This document shows, one piece after another, positions 56,258-64,000 of a stretch of 64,000 nt of DNA; position 1 is the first letter of the stretch, and every line of letters starts with the position of its first letter. The stretch lies in NCBI GenBank assembly GCA_963700255.1, contig CAVOWW010000023.1, positions 42,963-106,962 of the forward strand, given 5' to 3'. Made by a program: the position numbers and the translations under genes. The notes beneath the pieces are model-generated. The model was not told where the DNA came from, did no database searches, and saw nothing but the letters and a program-made list of their open reading frames with translations. The stretch is from an uncultured bacterium. Its GTDB lineage: Bacteria > Actinomycetota > Actinomycetes > S36-B12.

Positions 56258-59200
56258 TCAGCCCTCGACACCCGCCGAGGTGGTGCCCTGAGCAACGAGG
56301 TTGCGCATCGCCCGGAGCGCCACCGACAGCGTCGCGAGATCGGGGTCCTCGACGGCCGCGATGTCGTCGAGGGTGGCGCGTGCCCGGGCGACGCCCCCGG
56401 TATGGGCCTCCTCCCACATCGCCAGCCGCTCCAGCGGGGCAGCCTCAGGCGGTGTCGATCTCAGGACGCGCGACGTCAGGCCGGCGACGACGGCATAGAG
56501 GTCACTGCGGAGGGCGTGCCGCGCGAGGACGCTCCACCGATCGACGCGTGGCAGCTCGGTGATGCGCACCAGCGTGCGGTCGATGTCATAGCGCTCGGAG
56601 ACGGTGAAGTAGAGCGGCACGACGGTGCTGGCCGACTCGCCGGTACGGACGCAGATGTCCGTGACGTCGAGCAGGGCGAACACGTCCAGCGCGGCGGCCG
56701 CCCGGCGGGAGAGTCCCTCCGGTGCACCCGCGGCCATGAACCGCTGCGCCAGCCGGTCGAACCGGAGGCGCTCCTTGCCGAGCAGGTGGGTCGGCACGGC
56801 ACGGGTGTGGTCGGCCACGACCGAGACGAACCGGTCCAGCTCCGCCTGGACGTCGAGGGACCCTCCACGGGTCTGCAGGAACCAGCGTGTCGAGCGGTCG
56901 AGCAGCCGACGGGTCTCCAGGTGCATCGCCACCTGGGCGGACGTCGGGATCTGGTTGTCCTCGTCGTTGATCTCCTGCCAGAACTCGTCGATGCCGAAGA
57001 TCTCGATCGACGCCAGGGCGGCTCGGACGATCTCGACCGCACTGGCACCGGTCTCCTCCATCGCCCGGAACACGAAGGTGACGCCGGCGATGTTGAGCAG
57101 GCGGTTCACGGTGACCGTGCTGATGATCTGCGAGCGGAGCTGGTGGCCGTTGAGCTCGGCCCCGAAGCGCTCGACGAGCGTCGGCGGGAAGTAGGCCGTC
57201 AGCTCCTTCGCGAAGTACGGCTCCTCGGCGATGGTCGACTCGTTCAGCTCCTGGGTGAGCCAGATCTTCGCGTAGGCCAGCAGGATCGACAGCTCGGGAC
57301 TCGTGAGGCCCTCGCCTGCGAGCTGTCGCGTGCGCAGCTCCTCGTCGTCAGGGAGGAACTCCAGCGCACGGTCCAGCATGCCGAGCCGCTCGAGCTCCCG
57401 GATCATCCGCTGGTGGACCGTGATGAGCCCGGCCGCACCGGCGCGGGCGTTGCCCAGCACGACGTTCTGCCCGTAGTTGTCCTGCAGCACCTGCTGCGCC
57501 ACGTCGTCGGTCATCTCGGCCAGCAGCGCGACCCGGTCCTCCGCGGACAGGAGGCCGCGGCGGACCAGGCCGTCCAGCAGGATCTTGATGTTGACCTCGT
57601 GGTCGGACGTGTCCACGCCGGCCGAATTGTCGATGGCGTCGGTGTTGAGCCGCACCCCATGCCGCGCGGCCTCGACGCGACCGAGCTGGGTCATGCCGAG
57701 GTTGCCGCCCTCGCCGACGACCTTGCAGCGCAGGTCGGAGCCGTTGATCCGGATGCGGTCGTTCGCCTTGTCGCCGACGTCGGCATTGGTCTCCGTCTGG
57801 GCCTTGACGTAGGTGCCGATGCCGCCGTTCCAGAGCAGGTCCACCGGCGCCTTCACCGCTGCTCGGATCAGCTCGTCCGGCGTCATGCTCGTGACGTGCC
57901 GGTCGATGTCGAGCGCCGCCGCGACCTCGGGAGTGACGTCGATCGACTTGAGGGAGCGCGAGAACACGCCTCCTCCCGGCGAGACGAGCTCGGGGTTGTA
58001 GTCGGCCCACGAGGAGCGGGGCAGGCCGAAGAGGCGGCGGCGCTCCGCGAACGAGGTGGCGGCATCGGGGTTCGGGTCGAGGAACACGTGGCGGTGGTCG
58101 AAGGCCACGACCAGCCGGATGTGCTCGCTGAGGAGCATGCCGTTGCCGAACACGTCTCCGCTCATGTCGCCGATGCCCGCAACCGTGAAGTCCTGGGTCT
58201 GCGTGTCCACCCCGAGCTCGCGGAAGTGCCGCTTGACCGACTCCCACGCCCCGCGGGCGGTGATGCCCATGGCCTTGTGGTCGTAGCCGACCGACCCACC
58301 CGACGCGAACGCATCCCCGAGCCAGAACCCGTACTCGGCCGAGATCGAGTTGGCCAGGTCGGAGAACGTCGCCGTTCCCTTGTCCGCGGCCACGACGAGG
58401 TAGGGGTCGTCACCGTCGTGGCGCACCACGTCGCGCGGAGGCACGATCTCGCCGTCGAGGAGGTTGTCGGTGATGTCGAGCAGCGACATGATGAACTCGC
58501 GATAGGCGGCCTTGCCCTCAGTGAGCCACGCGTCCCGGTCCAGCGACGGGTCGGGAAGCCGCTTCGCGTAGAAGCCGCCCTTGGCGCCGACCGGCACGAT
58601 CACCGAGTTCTTGACCTCCTGCGCCTTCACCAGGCCGAGGACCTCGGTGCGGAAGTCCTCCTGCCGGTCGCTCCACCGCAGTCCACCGCGGGCCACGGCG
58701 CCGAAGCGCAGGTGCACGCCCTCGACGCGGGGCGCGTACACCCAGATCTCGAACTGGGGCTTGGGGAGAGGGAGGTCGGGGATCGACCGCGGGTCCAGCT
58801 TGAACGCCACCGAGGTGCGGTCGATGCCGTCGTCGTCGGTCTGGAAGTAGTTGGTGCGCAGCGTGGCCTGGATCATCGCGAGGAAGGACCTAAGGATGCG
58901 GTCCTGGTCGAGGCTGGCCACCCGGTCGAGCGCCTCCTCGATCTGCTCGACGATGAGCTCCTGGGCGCGCTCGCGATCCTCCGGACCACCGGGCGCGAAC
59001 CGCGCCTCGAACAGGCGCAGCAGGAGTCGCGTGATGACGACGTTGTCCGCCACGACCTCCTCGAGGTACCCCTGGCTGAACGTCGACCCGATCTGCCGCA
59101 TGTAGCGCGAGTACGCCCGCAGCACGAGCGCCTGCCGCCAGCGCAGTCCGCCGCTCACGATGAGCCTGTTGAACCCGTCGATGCCGCAACGGTCGTCCCA

Positions 59201-61105
59201 CGCGGCGGCGAACGCCTCCTCGAAGCGCTCGGCCAGCGAGCCACGATCGGTGATCTCGGTGTCGGGCAGCAGCATCCCGAAGTCGAGGACCCAGGCCGGC
59301 TCCTTCAGCGCACGGGCGATCTCGTACGGGTACTCGTCGACCACGTCGACGCCCATCGAGTGCAGGATCGGCAGCACGCGCGACAGCGACATCGCCGGTC
59401 CGACCCGGGTGATCTTCAGCCGCAGCTCACGCCGGCTGCCGTTCGGCGGCTCGTAGAGCTCCAGCGACAGCTCGCCGGGCTCGAGCTGCTCGATCACCAT
59501 CGCGTCGTTGACGCCGCGACCGGGTCCGAAGTCCTCCTTGTACGCCTCGGGGAAGGCACGGGCGTACGTGCGCATCAGCGGTGACGCTGCCGCGTCACCG
59601 AGGCGCGTCGCCAGCATGGACGTGAACTCGTCCTGCCAGCTGCGCGTCGCCGACGCAACCCTGGCCTCGAGCTCATGCAGGTCGATCGGCGGCAGGCCGT
59701 GCCCCAGCGGGACGTGGATGACGAAGTGCAGCCGCGCGAGCACCGACTCCGTCACGCGTGCCGTGTAGTCGACACTGCTGCCGCCGATCGCGTCGACCAG
59801 GAGCTTCTCGATGCGCAGCCGCACCTGAGTGGTGTATCGGTCACGCGGCAGGTACACCAGGCAGGACATGAACCGGCCGTAGTCGTCTGGTCGCAGGTAC
59901 AGCTTGGTGTGCCGTCGCTCCTGCAGGTGCAGCACCGACTGCGCCGTCTTCGCCAGCTGGGCATCGTGCGTCTGGAACAGCTCGTCTCGCGGGTAGGTCT
60001 CGAGGAACGTCAGGAGGTCCTTGGCGTCGTGCGAGCCGGCGACGTAGTCGAGGGACGACTCGAGGTGCCTGGCCTTCATCCGCAGGATCGGGATGTCGAG
60101 GATGCTCTGCGTGTAGGCGCTCGACGAGTAGAGCCCGAGGAACCGCCGCTCGCCGGTCACCTCGCCGGCAGCGTTGAACGTCTTCACGCCGATGTAGTCC
60201 AGGTACACGTTGCGGTGGACCGTGGAGCGCGAGTTCGCCTTGCTCAGCACGAGGAGCTCGGGCTGACGGGCCAGCGCCCGGACCGCCGGCGGGAGGGCGG
60301 CGAAGCTCTTCGACATCGCCGTCGGCGCCTCGGGATCGACGTCCATGCTGAGGATGCCGAGCCCGCTGCCGTCGACCGGGATGAGGCAGTCCTCCCCGGC
60401 CACGACCTTCAGCTCGTACTCGCGGTACCCGAGGAAGGTCAGGTTGTCGTCAGCGAGCCAGCGCAGGAGGTCGACGCCCTCGTCGACCTCCTCCTGGGGG
60501 ATGCCGACGGGTGGAACGGCGGAGATCTCCTCGGCGAGGATGAGGGCCCGCGAGCGCATGGCCCGCCAGTCCCGCACGGCCACGCGGACGTCGTGCAGGA
60601 CACCGGCGATCTGGCGGTCCAGGCTCGCAGCGGCGTCGTCGCCGTAGTCGCGCTCCATCTCGATCCACATCCACGACTCCGCGATCGTGCCCGCGGGCCG
60701 CACGTCGTCCACGTCGATGTCGACGATCTCCAAGAGGCGACCGACGTCGTCGCGTCGCACGACCAGCTGCGGGTGGACCACCAGGTGGATGCCGCGCCCG
60801 GTCGCCCCGATGGCATTCGTGACGGAGTCGACGAGGAAGGGCATGTCGTCGGTGACGATCTGCAGGACGCAGTCGGTGGCGGGGGCGTGATCGAGGTCGG
60901 CGAGGCGCACCAGGGCGGTTCCGACCGGACGGACGCGGGCGAACTCCGCCATCTCCGCCGCATGGGCGGCGAGGAAGTCGACGGGACGGTACGCGAGGTC
61001 CTCGTCCGCCAGATAGCGGGTGAACCGCGTCGTCAGCTGCCTCACCTCGGGATCCGCGATGGCCGACAGCGCCTCGCGAGTGGCCGGACTGGGTGTACTG
61101 GTCAC
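56258..61105 (-). CDS. gdh: NAD-specific glutamate dehydrogenase, large (about 180 kDa) type
   Basis: A 1615-aa uninterrupted ORF. The central …PVGAKGGFY… and …VAADKGTATFSD…GYDHKAMGITARGAWE… motifs belong to the Bac_GDH family. Confidence 0.92.
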   Translation of the reverse strand: MTSTPSPATREALSAIADPEVRQLTTRFTRYLADEDLAYRPVDFLAAHAAEMAEFARVRPVGTALVRLADLDHAPATDCVLQIVTDDMPFLVDSVTNAIGATGRGIHLVVHPQLVVRRDDVGRLLEIVDIDVDDVRPAGTIAESWMWIEMERDYGDDAAASLDRQIAGVLHDVRVAVRDWRAMRSRALILAEEISAVPPVGIPQEEVDEGVDLLRWLADDNLTFLGYREYELKVVAGEDCLIPVDGSGLGILSMDVDPEAPTAMSKSFAALPPAVRALARQPELLVLSKANSRSTVHRNVYLDYIGVKTFNAAGEVTGERRFLGLYSSSAYTQSILDIPILRMKARHLESSLDYVAGSHDAKDLLTFLETYPRDELFQTHDAQLAKTAQSVLHLQERRHTKLYLRPDDYGRFMSCLVYLPRDRYTTQVRLRIEKLLVDAIGGSSVDYTARVTESVLARLHFVIHVPLGHGLPPIDLHELEARVASATRSWQDEFTSMLATRLGDAAASPLMRTYARAFPEAYKEDFGPGRGVNDAMVIEQLEPGELSLELYEPPNGSRRELRLKITRVGPAMSLSRVLPILHSMGVDVVDEYPYEIARALKEPAWVLDFGMLLPDTEITDRGSLAERFEEAFAAAWDDRCGIDGFNRLIVSGGLRWRQALVLRAYSRYMRQIGSTFSQGYLEEVVADNVVITRLLLRLFEARFAPGGPEDRERAQELIVEQIEEALDRVASLDQDRILRSFLAMIQATLRTNYFQTDDDGIDRTSVAFKLDPRSIPDLPLPKPQFEIWVYAPRVEGVHLRFGAVARGGLRWSDRQEDFRTEVLGLVKAQEVKNSVIVPVGAKGGFYAKRLPDPSLDRDAWLTEGKAAYREFIMSLLDITDNLLDGEIVPPRDVVRHDGDDPYLVVAADKGTATFSDLANSISAEYGFWLGDAFASGGSVGYDHKAMGITARGAWESVKRHFRELGVDTQTQDFTVAGIGDMSGDVFGNGMLLSEHIRLVVAFDHRHVFLDPNPDAATSFAERRRLFGLPRSSWADYNPELVSPGGGVFSRSLKSIDVTPEVAAALDIDRHVTSMTPDELIRAAVKAPVDLLWNGGIGTYVKAQTETNADVGDKANDRIRINGSDLRCKVVGEGGNLGMTQLGRVEAARHGVRLNTDAIDNSAGVDTSDHEVNIKILLDGLVRRGLLSAEDRVALLAEMTDDVAQQVLQDNYGQNVVLGNARAGAAGLITVHQRMIRELERLGMLDRALEFLPDDEELRTRQLAGEGLTSPELSILLAYAKIWLTQELNESTIAEEPYFAKELTAYFPPTLVERFGAELNGHQLRSQIISTVTVNRLLNIAGVTFVFRAMEETGASAVEIVRAALASIEIFGIDEFWQEINDEDNQIPTSAQVAMHLETRRLLDRSTRWFLQTRGGSLDVQAELDRFVSVVADHTRAVPTHLLGKERLRFDRLAQRFMAAGAPEGLSRRAAAALDVFALLDVTDICVRTGESASTVVPLYFTVSERYDIDRTLVRITELPRVDRWSVLARHALRSDLYAVVAGLTSRVLRSTPPEAAPLERLAMWEEAHTGGVARARATLDDIAAVEDPDLATLSVALRAMRNLVAQGTTSAGVEG

Positions 61106-61319
61106 GTGATCGCCTCTTCACACGACGGCCGGCACGGCGCGGCCGGGCCAGGGTCGCACGCCGTTGTGCGACTCCTCGGCAACGGTAGCCCTCCGCGTCG
61201 GCCAAACGGTGCAGTTCCGGACTCCACGCCGGAGACATGCCCGACGGGGAGTGTCCGCCTTGGAGGCGACCTCGGGCATGATGACTGCTACGCACTCGAC
61301 GGACGCGGGCGACCGCGGG

Positions 61320-61826
61320 ATGGGACGGCACGTGGCCACGAAGCTGACATGCGAGCAGGAGTTCCCCGCCGACCCGGTGACGGTGATGGCCATGCTCCGC
61401 GATCCGGCCTACGTCTTGGAGAAGGGCGAGCGCACCGGCTCGCACGACATCACCGTCGAGGTGACCGACACCGATGGCGGCGGCGTCGTCATCTCCTGCA
61501 CGCGGTCGATGCCGGCCGAGGTGCCCTCGTACGCCGCGCCGTTCGTGGGCGACACCATCACGATCACGGAGACGCAGACGTGGACGGCTCCCTCGGCCGA
61601 CGGTTCAGCCAGCGCCGCCGTCACCGTCGAGTTCAACTCGCCCCTGGCCTACTCGGGCACCATCACCCTGTCCGCCGGTGCTGCAGGGTCGATCGCCGTC
61701 AACGAGGGCGCCTTCAAGGCGAGCGTCCCGTTCGTCGGTGGCAAGATCGAGAAGGTCGCCGCCGGCATGACGGAGAAGTACCTGAACAAGGAGACCACGG
61801 TCGGCGCGGATTGGCTCGCCCGCTGA
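61320..61826 (+). CDS. DUF2505/SRPBCC-like protein
   Basis: A 168-aa protein, …ATKLTCEQEFPADPVTVMAMLRDPAYVLEKGE…FVGGKIEKVAAGMTEKYLNKE…, which fits the pattern of this actinobacterial family. The start is uncertain. Confidence 0.6.
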   Translation: MGRHVATKLTCEQEFPADPVTVMAMLRDPAYVLEKGERTGSHDITVEVTDTDGGGVVISCTRSMPAEVPSYAAPFVGDTITITETQTWTAPSADGSASAAVTVEFNSPLAYSGTITLSAGAAGSIAVNEGAFKASVPFVGGKIEKVAAGMTEKYLNKETTVGADWLAR

Positions 61827-61830
61827 CCGG

Positions 61831-62817
61831 TCAGCCGGTCGCGGGGAACGACTCCGACTCGTGCCAGGCGTTGGGGCTCGTGCGCAGGGATGTCTCGAGC
61901 ACGAACCGCATTCGGCTGTCGTCCATGAGGTTGGCGCCGATGGCAACGAGGTCCTCAGGTCCGGGCCCCACCATGTGCACCTGCGTGCCGGCCACCCGCA
62001 CCCGCGCCGCCTCCTGCAGGGCCGCCTTGGTCACCTCGGCGCGCCAGCGCCGCTCCAGGCGGGCCGCGACACCCGACGGGCTGTCCATCGCGAAGGACAT
62101 CATCGGGGCGACCACGTAGAGCTCGTCGAGACCGGCGTGCGCGACCACGTCGATCGACGTGGCCGACACGGCGCCTCCGTCGACGAAGGTCCGACCGTTG
62201 ATCGGCACCGGAGCGAACCAGCCGGGGATCGCGCATGAGGCCATGACGGCGCTCGACAGCGGCGCCACGGGGGCGCCCGGCCGGCCGAACACGATCCGCC
62301 TGCCGTCCTCGTAGTCCATGGCGACCACCCAGATCCCCTTGTGCGGGGACCAGTCCCCGAAGGGGGTGACCGCGTCGACGAGGTGGCCGATCCGCTCCAG
62401 CGAGCGGGTGCCCTCCGGCATGAAGGCCGACAGGACGGTCGTGGCGGGCAGCTGGCCGAGGCGGCGCAGGCTCGATCCGATCAGCCGAGGCGATCCGGGG
62501 CCGAGCAGCCTGGGTCTCGCCGGCCGACGCCCGCCTGTCGCCTGGATGGGGTCGAAGTCGTAGCCGGCCAGCGGGCCCGAGGTGACGACCTCGTCCCCGT
62601 AGTGCTGTCGCAGCTCGTCGATGGACACGCCGCCACCGATGAGCGCCGAGAGGACGGAGCCCGCCGAGGTGCCCACGATGATGTCGGCGTCCGCGGCCGC
62701 GAAGCCGTACTGCTCCTGCATGGCCGCCAGCGCACCGACGGCCCAGGTGCCGCCCAGCACGCCGCCGCCGCCGAGCACGAGCCCGCGCCGCGGCCTGCCC
62801 ACAACGGCCTCGGTCAT
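61831..62817 (-). CDS. Patatin-like phospholipase
   Basis: The oxyanion motif is LVLGGGGVLGG, the nucleophile motif is GTSAGS (GxSxG) and the catalytic Asp is in FVDGGA. The ATG overlaps the upstream stop (ATGA). Confidence 0.88.
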   Translation of the reverse strand: MTEAVVGRPRRGLVLGGGGVLGGTWAVGALAAMQEQYGFAAADADIIVGTSAGSVLSALIGGGVSIDELRQHYGDEVVTSGPLAGYDFDPIQATGGRRPARPRLLGPGSPRLIGSSLRRLGQLPATTVLSAFMPEGTRSLERIGHLVDAVTPFGDWSPHKGIWVVAMDYEDGRRIVFGRPGAPVAPLSSAVMASCAIPGWFAPVPINGRTFVDGGAVSATSIDVVAHAGLDELYVVAPMMSFAMDSPSGVAARLERRWRAEVTKAALQEAARVRVAGTQVHMVGPGPEDLVAIGANLMDDSRMRFVLETSLRTSPNAWHESESFPATG

Positions 62818-64000
62818 GACGTGCCTCGGGCCTTCTTCTTCGGCGTGGCAGCTGTCCCGCGCACCACTCGCAGAGTGCGCACGGACTGCTCCGTGCGGGC
62901 CAGCAGCTCGTCCATCGACTCGTTCAGGCAGGCGACCAGGATGTCGAGATCGGGCAGGGCGTCGCGATCCGCGTAGAGGCCGAAGTAGACGCCGCCGTCG
63001 TAGGAGATCAGTCCGATGCTCAGCGCCTGGCTCCTGGTCAGGGGCACGCACGGGTACGCGGCCACCATCCTCGAGCCGGCGGCGTACAGGGGACGCTGCG
63101 GTCCGGGGACGTTCGTGATGACCAGGTTGTAGACGCGACTCGACATGGTCGACCCGACGCGCGCGCCGAGGGCGTGCAGCGTGGGCGGGGCGAAACCGGC
63201 GATGTTCACGATCGAGTCGGCGCCGACGAACTGGCTGCCCTCCTCGAGCTGGGCAAGCTGGTAGCTGATCTGCTGCAGGCGCACCGCGGGATCGGCCTCG
63301 CCGACGGGCAGCTCGACGAGCGTGGCGGAGACCCGATTGCCTCCTGAGTGCCCCGACGCTGCCGAGGAGATGGCCACGCTGATGGGCAGCATCGCCTTCA
63401 TGACGTCACCCTGCGCGACCCCGATGCCCCGGGCTTGGAGCCACGAGCGGAGTGCGCCCGCGACGACGGCGAGGACGGTGTCGTTGACGGTGCCCCCGAG
63501 TGCAGCCCGGACCTTCTTGAGGTCGGCAAGGGCGAGGTCGACGGTCGCGAAGCGGCGCTGCTCGCCGATCGGCACGTTGAGCGGGCTCGACACCGACGGT
63601 CGGGCAACGGCCAGCGCCGCGGAGACCATGCCGGCGGCGCTCGCACCGAACCGGGCAGCCGTCTTGGAGACGTCGGTCACCGTGTCGCGAACCGCCTCGA
63701 CAGCAGCAGCCGGCCGAGTGGTGAGCTCCGTGAACGCCTGAGAGAGCAGTTCGACGTCGGTCGGCTCGCGGCGCGGCCGCCAGCTGTCCCCCGGCACCGC
63801 CGCGGGCTCCTCCGTCGGGTCGAGCATCACCTGCGCGATGTCCACGGCGGACAGGCCGTCGACGAGCGCCTGATGGCTCTTGCTGACGATGGCGAAGTTG
63901 CCGTCGGCCAGTCCCTCGACCAGGTACATCTCCCACAGCGGCCGGCTGCGGTCGAGGGGACGGCTCATCAGCCGCGCGACCAGCTCGTTCAGCTGATCCC
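62814..64000 (-). CDS. Wax ester synthase/diacylglycerol acyltransferase (WS/DGAT), 5' end outside the window
   Basis: …RPLWEMYLVEGLADGNFAIVSKSHQALVDGLSAVD… and the C-terminal …NVPGPQRPLYAAGSRMV… are WS/DGAT hallmarks. The frame stays open to the window edge. Confidence 0.85.
   Translation of the reverse strand, partial: DQLNELVARLMSRPLDRSRPLWEMYLVEGLADGNFAIVSKSHQALVDGLSAVDIAQVMLDPTEEPAAVPGDSWRPRREPTDVELLSQAFTELTTRPAAAVEAVRDTVTDVSKTAARFGASAAGMVSAALAVARPSVSSPLNVPIGEQRRFATVDLALADLKKVRAALGGTVNDTVLAVVAGALRSWLQARGIGVAQGDVMKAMLPISVAISSAASGHSGGNRVSATLVELPVGEADPAVRLQQISYQLAQLEEGSQFVGADSIVNIAGFAPPTLHALGARVGSTMSSRVYNLVITNVPGPQRPLYAAGSRMVAAYPCVPLTRSQALSIGLISYDGGVYFGLYADRDALPDLDILVACLNESMDELLARTEQSVRTLRVVRGTAATPKKKARGTS

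Overview
This is a 64 kb stretch of very GC-rich chromosome (about 70% or more by eye, with extreme GC3), clearly actinobacterial and possibly Micrococcales-like, though that is only a guess. I see about 62 protein-coding loci. I found no rRNA, tRNA, CRISPR array, transposase or phage genes.

Layout, left to right:
1. The 3' end of an SDR gene.
2. A complete nine-gene A/V-type rotary ATPase operon (stalk H/G-like, C, I, K, F, E, A, B, D), with a universal stress protein gene translationally coupled to its end (601-8734).
3. A short lower-GC patch holding decayed MarR-like and vapBC-like remnants, then a decayed metallophosphoesterase-lipoprotein-membrane protein operon (8866-12604).
4. arfB, an HtaA-domain protein, an intact RelE/Phd toxin-antitoxin pair and a SAM methyltransferase.
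5. A long block that, from my memory of Mycobacterium tuberculosis Rv3193c-Rv3206c, keeps the same order. It holds:
 - UPF0182, a PDZ/Lon-like protease, GNAT, NUDIX and a zincin
 - DUF5679, an E1/ThiF-like protein and an ABC1 kinase
 - uvrD2, mycoredoxin, nudC and adnB/adnA
 - moeZ, interspersed with accessory genes
6. rsgA, the 1615-aa NAD-glutamate dehydrogenase, DUF2505, a patatin lipase and a partial WS/DGAT.

Main second-look items:
- The intact V/A-ATPase operon in an actinobacterial core context.
- An unusually high load of disrupted genes. About 12 loci carry frameshifts, an in-frame amber codon or lost starts, they cluster in accessory, secreted or signalling genes, and all long housekeeping genes are intact. 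This is either real gene decay or homopolymer sequencing error.
- A roughly 230-nt GC-rich nested-hairpin leader behind a good TTGACT-18-TAGGTT promoter.
- A perfect 25-bp inverted repeat in a divergent promoter region.
- A recurring CTGTGGA(C/T) (DnaA-box-like) motif in several intergenic regions.

Every functional call rests on motif or family recognition by eye, with no database search. Coordinates I derived myself (internal starts, hairpins, motifs) may be off by 1-3 nt.
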